NCBI GenBank assembly: GCA_036172245.1
Contig: JAYWIR010000011.1
Span: forward strand, 4,216,001-4,280,000
Length of the DNA stretch: 64,000 nucleotides
Direction of reading: 5' to 3'
Source: Raillietiella orientalis
Lineage: Eukaryota
The notes under the pieces are model-generated. The model made no database searches and was not told where the DNA came from. It saw only the letters and a list, made by a program, of their open reading frames with translations. Shown piece by piece: positions 26,750 through 37,764 of this stretch (position 1 is the first letter of the stretch; every line of letters begins with the position of its first letter). The position numbers and the translations under genes are program-made.

Positions 26750-26903
26750 CCGAAACCAATTAGCATTGCTCTTGTGAATTCGAAACTTCGTACCAGATAC
26801 CGAATCCGATCCGAAACCAATTAGCATCTCTGTGAATCCGAAACTCCGTATCTGCTTCCGAGAGCAATCCGAAAGCGATTCGTGTTGCTTGTGAATCCGA
26901 GAC
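26750..26903 (+). repeat. Degenerate ~60-bp tandem repeat, about 2.5 copies
   Basis: Units start at 26750, 26811 and 26869 with the consensus CCGAAAccAaTtagcaT...TGTGAATyCGArAC. Confidence 0.8.
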
Positions 26904-27160
26904 ACATCTCTCGTACCCTACCTCAGAGGTATTCGTGTGGCATCAACTCGAAAACAAAGTTGCGCCACTAGAGCAGCAAAGCTCATCCACGAGAAAAGAA
27001 AAAGCATAAGTAAGATGAATGCAATGTTTATGAGAATGTCTTGAATTATGTGGTGTATATGTGTTGCAGATAGTAATTAATGACTTGTACATGACTTCCA
27101 GGTTGAGTAACTTATATCTGTGAATTCTGCTCAGCTGTGATTGGCTTGATTTGAAAGATA

Positions 27161-28316
27161 ATGCCACTGTGTTTCGGGAAGGCTAAATCCAATTCCCCGA
27201 AGAACAAAGGTTCGAATCAGACGGAAGAAACTCAGGTCCTGTTTGGAAAGTCATCATCCGATGCTAACGTTCCTCCCAAAAAGCACGAGAGGAAAGCAGA
27301 GGACGAGTGCCTCCTGGCAACCAGTGAGCCTCCCCAGAGCAAAAACAAACCAAAAACATCGCGTTTATTCACTTCGAAGAAAGGCAAGCATAAGCTGAAT
27401 GAAGTGGATGAAACGGAGAGCATCGAGACCGAGCAAGAGCACGTGCGGGAGGCCTCCCTGACCACCAAGAAAAGTTCCGAGACGAAACCCGAAAAAACCA
27501 CCCTGTGCTTCAAAAGAAAGCTCACTCCCGAAGAGAAGGAGAGCAAAAAATTAAAAAAGAGAGAGGAAAAAGCTATCAAGGAAGCGAAGAAACTGAAAGA
27601 CAAAGAAAGCAAGAAGAAAAGCAAGGAGGAGAAGCAGAAGGCGAAGGAGAAGAAGAAGCAAGAGAAGGAATCCAAAAGGAAGGGCCAGAAGAAACCCAAG
27701 CGGCAAGCAGCGGCGAAAAAGCCGGAAGATCAGGCTGAGCAGAAAACGAAGGAACACGTGCCCGTGGCTCAGAAAAGCGAGGTCATCCTTCCGAGTGAAA
27801 ACAAAGAAGCAGCAGCAGCAGCCGCAGGGGAGACCAGCGCTTCCAAGGAAGGGCGCAAAAATGCCGAGAAAAGCAAGGCCAAAAACAAAAAGGTCAAAAA
27901 ACGGAAAAGCATGCCCTGCTTCCGGTTCTCCAAGCAGAAGAAAATGAGTACCGAAGACCCGAAACCGGAAGACGTGACCCTGCTGTCCTTGCAAATGAAC
28001 AAAGAGATGAAACCGGAAGAGCCGGGCAAACTGCAGGGCAAAGACGTCGGCGGGAACGTGGCGCTGGACAAGGAGCTGCAGATCGTCCCGGATTCCCACC
28101 AGATCCTGCTGACCGAACCCAAGGAAACCAAAGGGAACGACCCCAACCATTCACGTGTGCTGATCGATTCACCCGAACTGACAGTGTCTCATCGAAATGT
28201 GTCTCCCGGCAGAGATAGCCTCGAGTACCGAAGAAAAGAATACTTTCGAGATTTTTTCTTAATAAGTCGTAGCATGCAATGTGACTGTGGAGATTTGTTC
28301 CATCAGCCCGGAGAAG
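27161..28316 (+). CDS. Lys/Glu-rich coding exon; probable alternative first exon of CAP (long isoform)
   Basis: Stop-free ORF of 387 codons with coding-like purine/GC3 bias. The donor GAAG|GTTGGT after 28316 is phase 1, the same phase as the CAP exon-2 acceptor at 29632, so the join is in frame (..QPGE-EMNNQWLLEY..). Confidence 0.7.
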
Positions 28317-28470
28317 GTTGGTAAAATGGGTTTTCATTTCTCGGGTGCGTTTCTTCTTGTTTTTTTTTTTCTTTTCTGCACGCGGATCCTGAGATCCGAT
28401 GCCGCGCGGGTCTGGTCAGGGATCCGCGCGTACACGCTTGCGTACAAGCATGTGTACACACCTATGTGTG

Positions 28471-28471
<1 letters not shown>

Positions 28472-28503
<32 letters not shown>
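28472..28503 (+). repeat. (TG)16 microsatellite
   Basis: Direct reading. Confidence 0.95.
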
Positions 28504-28504
<1 letters not shown>

Positions 28505-28608
28505 AGCGGTGTTGTCCGTGCGTGCGCGCGCGCCCTGCTTGTGTGGCCAGCAGGGAAAACACACAGAGATCGCACTTGCATTCACTATAAACTGAGACGA
28601 TGGAATCG

Positions 28609-28656
28609 GATGATGATGATGATGATGATGATGATGACGACGACGACGACGACGAC
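28609..28656 (+). repeat. Compound (GAT)9(GAC)7 microsatellite
   Basis: Direct reading. Confidence 0.95.
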
Positions 28657-29230
28657 GGCGATCTTCTCGGAAAAAAAACTGCATGCTTCTTTTGACTCTT
28701 CGTGCATCACAGCTGGAACTCGTTCTCTTTGGAGATTTCGCAAGGGGAATTTGTTCTTAAAATACTTTCAAGGCAAAGTAAGGATTTCTAAAAGTGGAAA
28801 TGACTATGTTAACTGTAACACTTTTTCTCAGTGTTTTTCGAGCCGAACGTAACTGTTCTTCGGAAGATAACAAATTACACGTATCAGGCGGGAAAGAAAG
28901 AAAAGAAAAAAAAAAAAAAAAGAGGGAAAGAAAAAGAGGGGGGAGGGCGGGGGGGGGGAAGAAGAAATTGCCGTCTGACTGCCCTTGTCACACCGTTCTC
29001 CGTGTGTGCTTCCTGCGTGTCGCGCCCTCTTCTTCGGATTGTTTTGACGTAACGACGGTTGCGGGAGCGGTCCGTAGGCGGGGTGATGCGAGTGAGGATG
29101 CGTGTTCCAGTTGTGCTGTCGTGTGTTTGTGGCTCGATTGGATGTTTTAATGATGAAAGATGTTTAAAAAACATATATATATATATATATATTTTTGTTT
29201 TCTTTCTTTCTTTTCGTTAAAGAGAAAACA

Positions 29231-31258
29231 ATGTCAATGGCTGCGGGATTCGAATCCATTTTGGCACGATTAGAAAAAGTAGCCATGAGGCTGGAAGGTG
29301 CAGCAACGGTGGCCAAACTTCGTGTGGAAGAGTCGGACAGCTTTGGTAATTACAATTTTCCCATGTGTATATACTGGCTTGGCACTTGAAAGGACAAGTA
29401 AAAATGTGTATATCCATGCCGCTTGAAATCGCCGGGGCCAAAAGTGCCGAAACCCGTTGGCATGGGTATACCAAACGTGTCCTTGAAAAGCAGTTCGGTA
29501 TTTTTTGTTCATGCTAATTATCTCTCGGATCGTTTTGTTAGCATCAAATGTAAAACACGTTTGCAAACAAAATTTGAAAGAATTTTATAAATTCGGATAA
29601 TTCAGCTTCGTTGTAAATGTTTTTTTTTTAGAAATGAACAACCAGTGGCTTCTAGAGTATGACAAAATCATAAATGGATCTTTGGCGGTTTACCACAACC
29701 TTTCGAAAAATATCTCCGAAGAAGTTCAGAAGCACTCGGACATGGTGGTGAAAGCATTTAAGTAAGAGCTTGGTATTTATAAGGCCATAATTCAAGGTTG
29801 CCTTTTTCTGGTTTAAAAGTGTGAACAAGTGGTTGTAACCCAACTTTCTTTGCTGTTGCAGAATCCAGCGTAATTTTCTGCATTTGGTATCATGTAATAA
29901 GGAACCTGATAACCATACAATGCTCAAACTACTTGAGCCCCTTTCCGAATGTATTCAGCAGATCCAGTCGTTCAAAGAAAACAACCGCACGTGTGCAACC
30001 TACGATCATCTTTGTGTGATAAGTGAAAGCATTGCAGCCCTTGGTTGGGTAACAATGGTAGGTAGTAGGGCACATATCTGTAAAATTTTATTTTAGTAGA
30101 GCCCAACTCCAGCACCAGCTGTGAAAGATATGATGGATGTAGCCCAATTCTTTGTTAATCGTGTCCTTAAAGAATGGAAAGCAAAGTTAGTCTTGGGGAC
30201 AAGGGGAAAGTTTCAAAAATTTGCCTTGTTACTTTCAGGGATAACCATGTCTCATGGGTAAAGTCATGGATGACTGTACTGTCAGAGTTGTACATTTTCG
30301 TGAAAACACATCACACAACAGGTCTTACTTGGAACCCAAAAGGTGGCAGCGTTAATGAGCATGTAACGGCACCCCCACCTCCACCCTTACCAACCTCTTT
30401 CTACTCTGCTACATCCCCATCAGCTGATACAGCTGCACTGTTTGCAGATTTAAATCAAGGCGAACAAGTTACAAAAGGTACGATTCTTAATGATTTCAGA
30501 CTTCTTTTATTGTTGCTGTTGTTTGCTAGGCTTACGGCATGTCACTGATGACATGAAAGCAGCAAAGTCACCAATTCCGCATCAAACACTGCAGCATTCT
30601 TTGAATCTATCCAAGTCATATGTGGAGAAGCACCCACCAGTATTCCGCTTGGAGGGGAAAAAATGGATCATTGTAAGCATTATTTAATGATCATGGTAGG
30701 CATGGAAAGCATTGGGATCCTCTTGCTTGCAGGAACACCAGTATGGTGCCAAAGCCCTTACTGTTTCTGAAACGGAAATGAACCAATGTGTTTACATTTT
30801 CAAATGTGAAGATTCAGTTGTGCAGGTGAAAGGAAAAGTTGGTTCGATTGTCTTGGATTCTTGCAAAAAGACATCACTCCTTTTTGACTCTGTCGTTGCA
30901 AGTGTAGAGTTGGTCAACTGCCAGGATTCTCAAGTGCAAGTGCTTGGCAAGCTGCCAACTGTTACAATTGACAAGTGTGATGGTGTACAGTTGTATGTTA
31001 ACAAGGATGCATTAGATGTGGAAATCACAACTTCTAAGTCATCAGCTGTCAACGTGCTTACTCCCACAAAGGATGGAGAATTTGTAAGTTCCCATTTTCT
31101 TTCTCCTCCCCCCCTCCCCCTTTTTAGCCTGTTTCTCCCCAGTGAAGAATTTAATTTGTCATTGTGCCTTTCAGGAAGAACAGTTCATCCCAGAGCAATT
31201 GAAAACAACTATTCGCGGATCCACCATTGTTACCACCGTCTCAAACTTGAATGCTTAA
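29231..31258 (+). CDS. CAP1: Adenylyl cyclase-associated protein (CAP/Srv2), 8 exons, about 447 aa
   Basis: Exons 29231-29345, 29632-29761, 29862-30057, 30100-30185, 30239-30477, 30530-30672, 30733-31083, 31175-31258, all GT-AG and in frame. It has the N-terminal RLE motif (LARLEKVAMRLE), HFD (SESIAALGWV, HHTTGLTWN), polyproline P1, WH2 (ALFADLNQGEQVTKGLRHV) and CARP beta-domain (VQVKGKVGSIVLDSCKK...IPEQ). Confidence 0.96.
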
Positions 31259-31362
31259 TCCATATATCTACTCCTTCCTGAAGATTTGCTGTAGATGGTA
31301 CATGTTTTGAAAACGAATCAACTTGAGAAAACAGACTGAAACTCAAGAGATATAGACAAGGC

Positions 31363-31527
31363 AATAAAATTTCTTATGACAAGATATCAGTGGAAGAAAT
31401 GCTGCTTTAAATTCTGTTTACAACGTAACTAGTATTTAGATTAGGTTCTGGTTTTTATTAAAGGAAAATTTGTCTACAAACTTGGAAGCTACAAAATTGT
31501 TTTTGATGACGTGATGGCATGAATAAA
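31363..31527 (+). promoter_or_regulatory. Two candidate CAP polyadenylation signals
   Basis: AATAAA at 31363-31368 and 31522-31527 in the AT-rich 3' UTR. Confidence 0.45.
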
Positions 31528-31949
31528 TTTTTAGAAAATGCTTAGCCAGTTTTCTGCGTCCTTATTTTTCGTTCTCACATGAATTTGCCAGCTTGAATGC
31601 ATGAAGGTTTGCACACCACGTGAGTGCACATCCTTGCGGAAATGTTGCACGGTGCCGCCTGTCGAGCCTGCCAAATTGGATGTGCTAAGAATTGCCCGTG
31701 TGTTTTTTCGTGCATTCTAACTCGTGTAGAAACTTTTTTTTTTTTTTTGGTAATCGAAGGCCCCCCGAGTCGGTGAAGGCACACTAAATGTGACGGATAA
31801 ATGCGTTCTCTCAGCTCACAAAGATGTAAATTTTGCAGTCATCCGAGATCCTCCCCCTTCTGTGGGGGGGGGGAGGGAACGAGAATTCGTGTGGAATCTG
31901 CAGTCAGTAAAAGGTGATGCCTCATAATAGCAGACATGGTGAAGGGCAT

Positions 31950-32450
31950 CACCGTTTACGGTTTTGCGAAATGCATTGCAACCCCACAGGCGCAATCATT
32001 GATCATTTCCGCTGAAAGGAATACCGGTAAGGTTGGTCCTTGGTGCCTACGACACACAGTGAATTAAATAAAACCCCGGTAATGGACTGATGTTCGCGGG
32101 TTTAAATCGACGGGCTCACCGAATAGCAAACAAGGCAAATCGATAGCTCAGTACTTACAGTATAGCATCCTTTCGCAAAAGACTTTTATTGCACGTTCAT
32201 CGTGATTTAAGGACTTTGTTATATCCCTTATTAATCCCGCGCTTGAAGCAGCGTGGCCTGCTCCTTCTCGACGCTGATCCCAGTGCTTTCCTTGAAAGTG
32301 CGAATTTCGAAAGTCGTCTTTCACACGCAGACGTCCGGAATGCTTGCTGGGCCGCGTTCGAATACAGGAAAAAATGGCTTTCCGAGAATCGCCGGCTGAT
32401 TGGTTCCCGCGGAGCACTTCGAGCAGGGCTGCCCATGCCACGCTCCCCCT
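31950..32450 (+). mobile_element. Decayed jockey/I-like non-LTR 3' ORF2 fragment
   Basis: LRTLLYPLLIPRL and, in another frame, FVISLINPALEAAW resemble the 'LLY.SLIRP.LEYA...W' motif downstream of RT. Confidence 0.35.
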
Positions 32451-33479
32451 TCCCTCCTTCCTTCCGGGAAGGTGTTCTTGATGATTCTTCGTGCACCTCT
32501 CTTCCGGTCCGTCAAAGCAGCGTCTCTGCGCGGTTCGAATCTGCGCGGTCTGCCCTGCGTGGGGCAGCGTCCAGGCTCAAAGAGAGATACAGATTCTTCA
32601 CGTGAAGTTGCTCTGATTTCACGCCCATTTAATTCCGGGTTTAACTTATCTGAAAGGTATTATTTATTTATCACCGTATCCGTGAGGATTTTTTTTTTTT
32701 TTGTCTGCTTCATTTGCTTTCGATTCTCTTGATTTTTGAAGCTCCATTGCAGACTCCTTAGCAAGGAATTTTCCCCGTTGCAATTCCAAATGTCGGCACG
32801 CACAGTGATTCGTTTCTCGAAGCGTTCTCGAATTTTCGAGTGGCCGTTTTCAAAGACAAACTCGCTCTCAATGCACGCTGGAATTCTGGAATCCTTTTTT
32901 CTCTCTCTCTCTCTCTCTCCCTCTCCCTCTCCCTCTCCCTCTCTCCCGGCTAATCCTATGGAACCTTTCCAACATCTCTTACCGTGATGTGCTGCAAATT
33001 GCAGTTTCGGTTTTCATCATCTTCCGGCACAGACTTTGGGTTCTCCTTTACAGATTTACTTTTCTTTTTTTTTTTTTTTTTTCGTATCTATTTTGAAGTA
33101 TTCCAAGAATATCAAACACCGCGCTACGCAAACTCGCCGCCGGGGCTTCATTTTGGCGACTACACGCCATCCACGTGCTACGGAGCGACCCCTACGATTC
33201 GGTCCGGGGCCTTCGGTGTTCCCTCGCATTCGACGGGAACGGGGAATAAGGGGCTGCCGAGCAGCTCCGGAGAGGCTGGGAGCTATGGCGATTCAGTTGG
33301 ATTCGGAGCAGGCGTCGGACAAGGGTGCACGTCGGCATCGATGTGGCCGCGGGCACTCTTCCTTTCGGGCAAGCCTGGAGGAGGTATCTCACGGTGACGC
33401 GACACCGGCCAGCGCATCATCCACTCCCGTGCTGCTCTGGCAACTCGAGAGTAATTAATGAAATGCAAAAGTAACGATG

Positions 33480-36400
33480 CGTGAGCGCGGCGAACGCGCG
33501 GCCCGACTGCAGCGAAAGGTTCCCTCCAGCGGCAGCTCCTTATCCACGGCATTGTCCCTCCTGGAAACGAATTTTCCGGAGCACAAAGCGGGGACGAAGC
33601 GAACGCTCCATGAAATTTCTTTCCGTCAGTCGGATGCGTCGTCAAGGCCGCAGCGCGGCACATCTCTTCCGCTAGGAATCGTGGCGATCTCACGGTTGCC
33701 CCGCGGGTGTGTTCTGGTCCTCTCCCCCACGTTCCTCGACCGCGGTCGCTTGAGCGCCGGTCGGGCGCAACGACTCCGACTTGAGCTCCCCTCGTCGGAG
33801 CCCTCTCCTGCACGAGAAGCCGCAGGCACTTCGCCTTTCGGCCTGGGGAGCCGGGAGTGACCCTCAGCCCAGGCAACCAACTCTTCCCGATGAGTGCCGC
33901 TGGGTGCAGCCTTCCTCGTTCCGATCGCCGCCGCCCCCCGTCTTTTCACCTCCGCAGCTCTTCTTCCCTCGAAGCCTTCGATCTCTCCCCCCACCCCATA
34001 TCCGTCGCACTCTGTTCTCTGCCGCCGTCCTTGTTGATCAGCGACCCGGGCCACACGGGCCTCGCCTGCGGCCCTTCTTCCCGCTCGCCTTCCGCCAACC
34101 CATCCGCTCCGCCGCCGTTCCGGAAAGCCCCCAACAATGCGCGGTCTCGGCCGCGCGGTGCGCAACAATGCAGCCGACGCTTTCGATGTCCTTTTTTGGA
34201 CAGAGCGCGCACGTATTTATAAAAGCGGCCGGAGCTTCCTGGATTTCAGGAAGCGCTCGGTCGGTCGCCTGGCAGCGCAGTTTCCAGGTACTCGAGGCCG
34301 CGAGGGAGCAGGCATGCGCGCGAGAACGGCGAGCTGGGGACTTGCGAAATGGGGGGGCGGAGCAGGGTGGGAAGAAGAAGAGGGGTGGACCGTGGAGAGG
34401 GCGGTTCCTTTGCGCTCTCTCCGCTGCCCTCGCCCCCCCCCCCCGCTCGCGCGCCTGGGTGGCACGCGGCCACACCCCAGTGCGCTCTCGCAAAGTCCAG
34501 TGGTTCCCTCCCGCGTCGCTTCGGCATGGAGTTCGACCCGCCGCCCCTGCCCGTGGCTCCCTCCGTCGGCTTTTTCGCGCTTCCGCACCCCTCCCTCCCC
34601 ACTTCCGGGAAAGGGCGGCGGCGGGAGGCAGCTGGCGTGGTGGCGCACGCGGCAGGTGCGACCCAGCGGTCGTGCATGCGGCCCGACGCCCATCGGAGAG
34701 AGAAAGGGGGAGGAAGGGGGGGAAGAACACGTGCGCGCGCATGCTTTCGGAACAGATCGCGAGGATTCCTCGCTCGAGGGGAGGGTCTCAGAATGGCAGC
34801 CGGAGTCCCTATCGATCCCGAGGCGAGAAAGAGACGCCCGTGCAAGAAGGGGTATGTCCCTCGCCGAGCGCGCTCGCGGACGATCCCCGCTCCCCGCGAA
34901 TGGGGTCGCGCACACGTAGCAGGGGTGGGCAGGAGGGGAGAGAGGGGGAAGCAGAGATCGCTGCCGTTCTCGGCTCGACTGCTTTGTCCTGGCGCCTTTT
35001 GTCTGGGGGCGAAGGGAGCACGCCCCACAGCCGTCTGGAGCCTACGAAATGGAGTAGGGGACTGCCGCCCCCAGCGGCCCTCGCGGGCTGAAGTACACAC
35101 CTGGCGACTCCCTTTCTGTCGTCCCCAGCCTGCTCCCTCGGGCGCGACCGACCAGCCTCCTCGCCTTTCCGCGCGAGGTCACCCCCGTCCGTCTATTTTT
35201 AGAACTGCGCTCTCAGTAAATCTGTGGCTCCTCGGGAAGCTCTGCAGCCTTCCTCCCGTAACCGTCCCATCACCTCCCCTCCCCCTCTCCTTCGAGACCT
35301 CATGTCACTCCCTCCAGCCGGGCTGCTGTCCGCTGCACCTCGGGGACTCCTTCGGCGCATCCCGGTCCTCCCTCGGGAAAAAGATCTTCCCCAACTCCCG
35401 GTCGACGGCCGCGCATTCGCCGCTGCTTCCCGAGCCCGCCTAGGGATGGGGAGCGCTCCTGACCACTCCCCGGCCTCGCTGCCATCCGGGCGAAGCTGAC
35501 CGCATGGGGTCTTCCCCTGTTCCCGAGTGTTCCACCGGGAACAGGGAAAGAAAACTGCGTGTCGCGCGGCGACCTCTGGGATCGCGCTGCGACGCCAGGT
35601 CGGCGTGCTGCTGGAGGTCCGCCCCCTCGCCGGTCCCCACGCTGGATAGCTCTGGTCCTCGCTTGCCGCAGTCCCAAGCTTGCCGGAGCTCAGGGAACGC
35701 CAGCGGGTGCTCCGGTTCCGGCGTGCCTCCTCTCCAACTGTGCAGCCGGAAGTGGAGGTCCCTGTTTCCCCTCCCACCGCAGCCGCCACCGGAAGGTCAC
35801 CGGCCACGGACTCCCGGTCGGCTGCCCCCGTCGGAGGAACGCGGGCCGGACGTCCTCCAGCCGCGCGCCAGCTGCGGCGCCCCTGGCCGCGGACTGCGTG
35901 GGCGCGTGGGCGAAAGGGAACGGGCCGAGCCCGGGGAGGCGGAGCCGCCGCTCGCGCGGTTGCCGGATGGCGTCCGCCGCGCGCGGGCGCGTGGAGGGGG
36001 GGGGGGGAAGCGACCGGCCCACCGGCGAGGCGGGATGGAAGTCCCTTGCGAAGTCGCTTGGGAGAGGAGGAGGAGCGGCCCGAGTGGCTGGACCTCGGCG
36101 CAGCTGACCGACGCTGCGACCCCGAGTGCCCTTCCCCGCCCCGTGGACTTCTCCGCCGGGGGGGCGAGCTGCCGCCAGTAACTCCCCGTGGACACTTCGG
36201 TGTTCCTGGACAGCGGCCGCACCCTCACCCACATCGGCTGGCAGGAGTCGGTATGTTTGCGGTGTGGCACGAGAACCTCCCGTGCAACGCGGACCCGGAG
36301 CACCACTGGACCCGGGGGGAGGGTGACCCCGTCCGGAAGGGTCGCAGGTGCGGGAGGGGTGGAGGAGGGCGGAGAGAATCACCCCTGTGCCTGCCTGTAG

Positions 36401-36560
36401 ACCTCGTCCCGCTCTCCCTCCTTCCGGCTCCTGTGAGGACGTTGCTTGAAGGCCCTTCGGATCCCGGGAGCTTTCCCAGGGACGGGGCGTATGGAAGCGG
36501 CCCCTTCGTGAGCGAGCCACGTGCATAACAACCGTTTGTCGCACGCTGGCTGTGTAGCAC
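33480..36560 (+). mobile_element. Decayed L1/Tx1-like ORF2 (RT to zf-RVT)
   Basis: PQQCAVS / GRAVRNN (Q.CAV.GR.I.DN), SFLDFRKRS (SLD.EKAF, about 34235), and 3' WHENLPCNA..HHWT...RESPL (zf-RVT, about 36265-36400). Confidence 0.5.
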
Positions 36561-36959
36561 GGAAAGTCGCAGGAAGATGCCAGCCCGACAGAGCGCCATC
36601 CGCTGGACGAAACTCTTTCCAAGAATCGCCGCGAGATGACACGGTCTGGGAAATGAGAAGTACCGACTAGCCAGCATTCTCCAGAAGAACACGACGTCGC
36701 ACCGTGACCCCTTCCCAAGCCCCCTCGCTCTCCCCCCCACACACATATACAAACAATTTTTCAACTTTTTTTTTTTTTTTTTCATTTCTTTTCCTTTTGT
36801 TTTTTCCCCAATCCCCGTGTCCTCGCGATGGACCCAAGATGATAGGTTTGCACGGGGTGGGGCCGAGGGCCCTACCAAGACGGTCAATTTATTTTTAAAA
36901 TAAGCGCACCGACGAACCTGAATAAAAAAACACTTGGATTTCCCGGCTGAAGGGGGTGG

Positions 36960-37600
36960 GAGAGCGGCCGGGCACTCCCCGTAAAGACTTCGGTGTTCCT
37001 GGACAGCGGTCGCACCCTCCCTCCCCTCGACTGGCAGGAGTCGGCCGTGGAACGCGGCGTGGCACGGGGGCCTCCCGTGCAACGCTCGCCAGCACCACTG
37101 GACCCGGAGGATGCACTGCAGCTAGCCGCCTCGTCAGCAGCTCTTTCGGGCTGCACTCGCGGGATCGCGGCGGCCTGGAGCGACTCCGGAAGTGGGCGGG
37201 ACGGAAGGGACGCCACCCCATCCGCCACCCTCCCCGATCTGAGTGAAAGACTTGATGGCGTCTCTCCAGGATGCCGGCTTGGGGGATCCTGACTCATCTG
37301 CAAGATCGGGTTGCGGGTGCAGTTCCGACTTTTGATCCCTCGTGGGAAACTGTGAACGTGTCACCGGTGTTCTCCTGCACGCCACATCCCATGGCGATAC
37401 TCTGGTAGCTCAAGGCGTCTTTCGCTGCTGCCGCGCAACCTACGCCATAGGACCGGATTTGGCTATCCCTTGAGGCATCTGTCCTCCCTTCTGGTAGCTC
37501 ATGCCTGGATCTCTTGCCGCCCGAAAAAACGGAACGCCTGGCGGCAGGAGTCACTGGAGTCCTCGGTTCACACCCGGTTGCGCCGGTGCGTTTATTTCTA
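36960..37600 (+). mobile_element. Second 3'-end copy of the same L1/Tx1-like family
   Basis: 36985-37110 is clearly homologous at nucleotide level to 36190-36320 (ACTTCGGTGTTCCTGGACAGCGG..GCACCCTC...CTGGCAGGAGTCGG...CCTCCCGTGCAACGC...GCACCACTGGACCCGG). Confidence 0.65.
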
Positions 37601-37764
37601 TAAAATAAGCATACACGTGACAAATATAAGAGGAACCTGCAGAAAACCGACGCACAAGCCGGCAAGGTTCGCCTCCGCAGCAGGAGGGGAGAGGAAACAA
37701 CAAAATAGAAAAATTAAGCAAAAAACATAAAGTAGAAAAATGGGGGGGGGGGTTCGAGAAGGGA

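Noticed and set aside
26750..26903. CRISPR-like repeat-spacer pattern
   Set aside because: Eukaryotic context, only 2-3 degenerate units, and the 'spacers' resemble each other.
27232..28150. Hydrophobic Phe/Leu-rich minus-strand ORFs resembling membrane proteins
   Set aside because: These are the antisense shadow of the Lys/Glu-rich plus-strand exon.
32520..32550. tRNA T-arm-like GGTTCGAATC
   Set aside because: No A-box/D-arm, anticodon arm or acceptor stem could be built.
33781..36742. 436-, 364- and 350-aa ORFs as host genes
   Set aside because: Same GC artefact; RT motifs are scattered over different frames.
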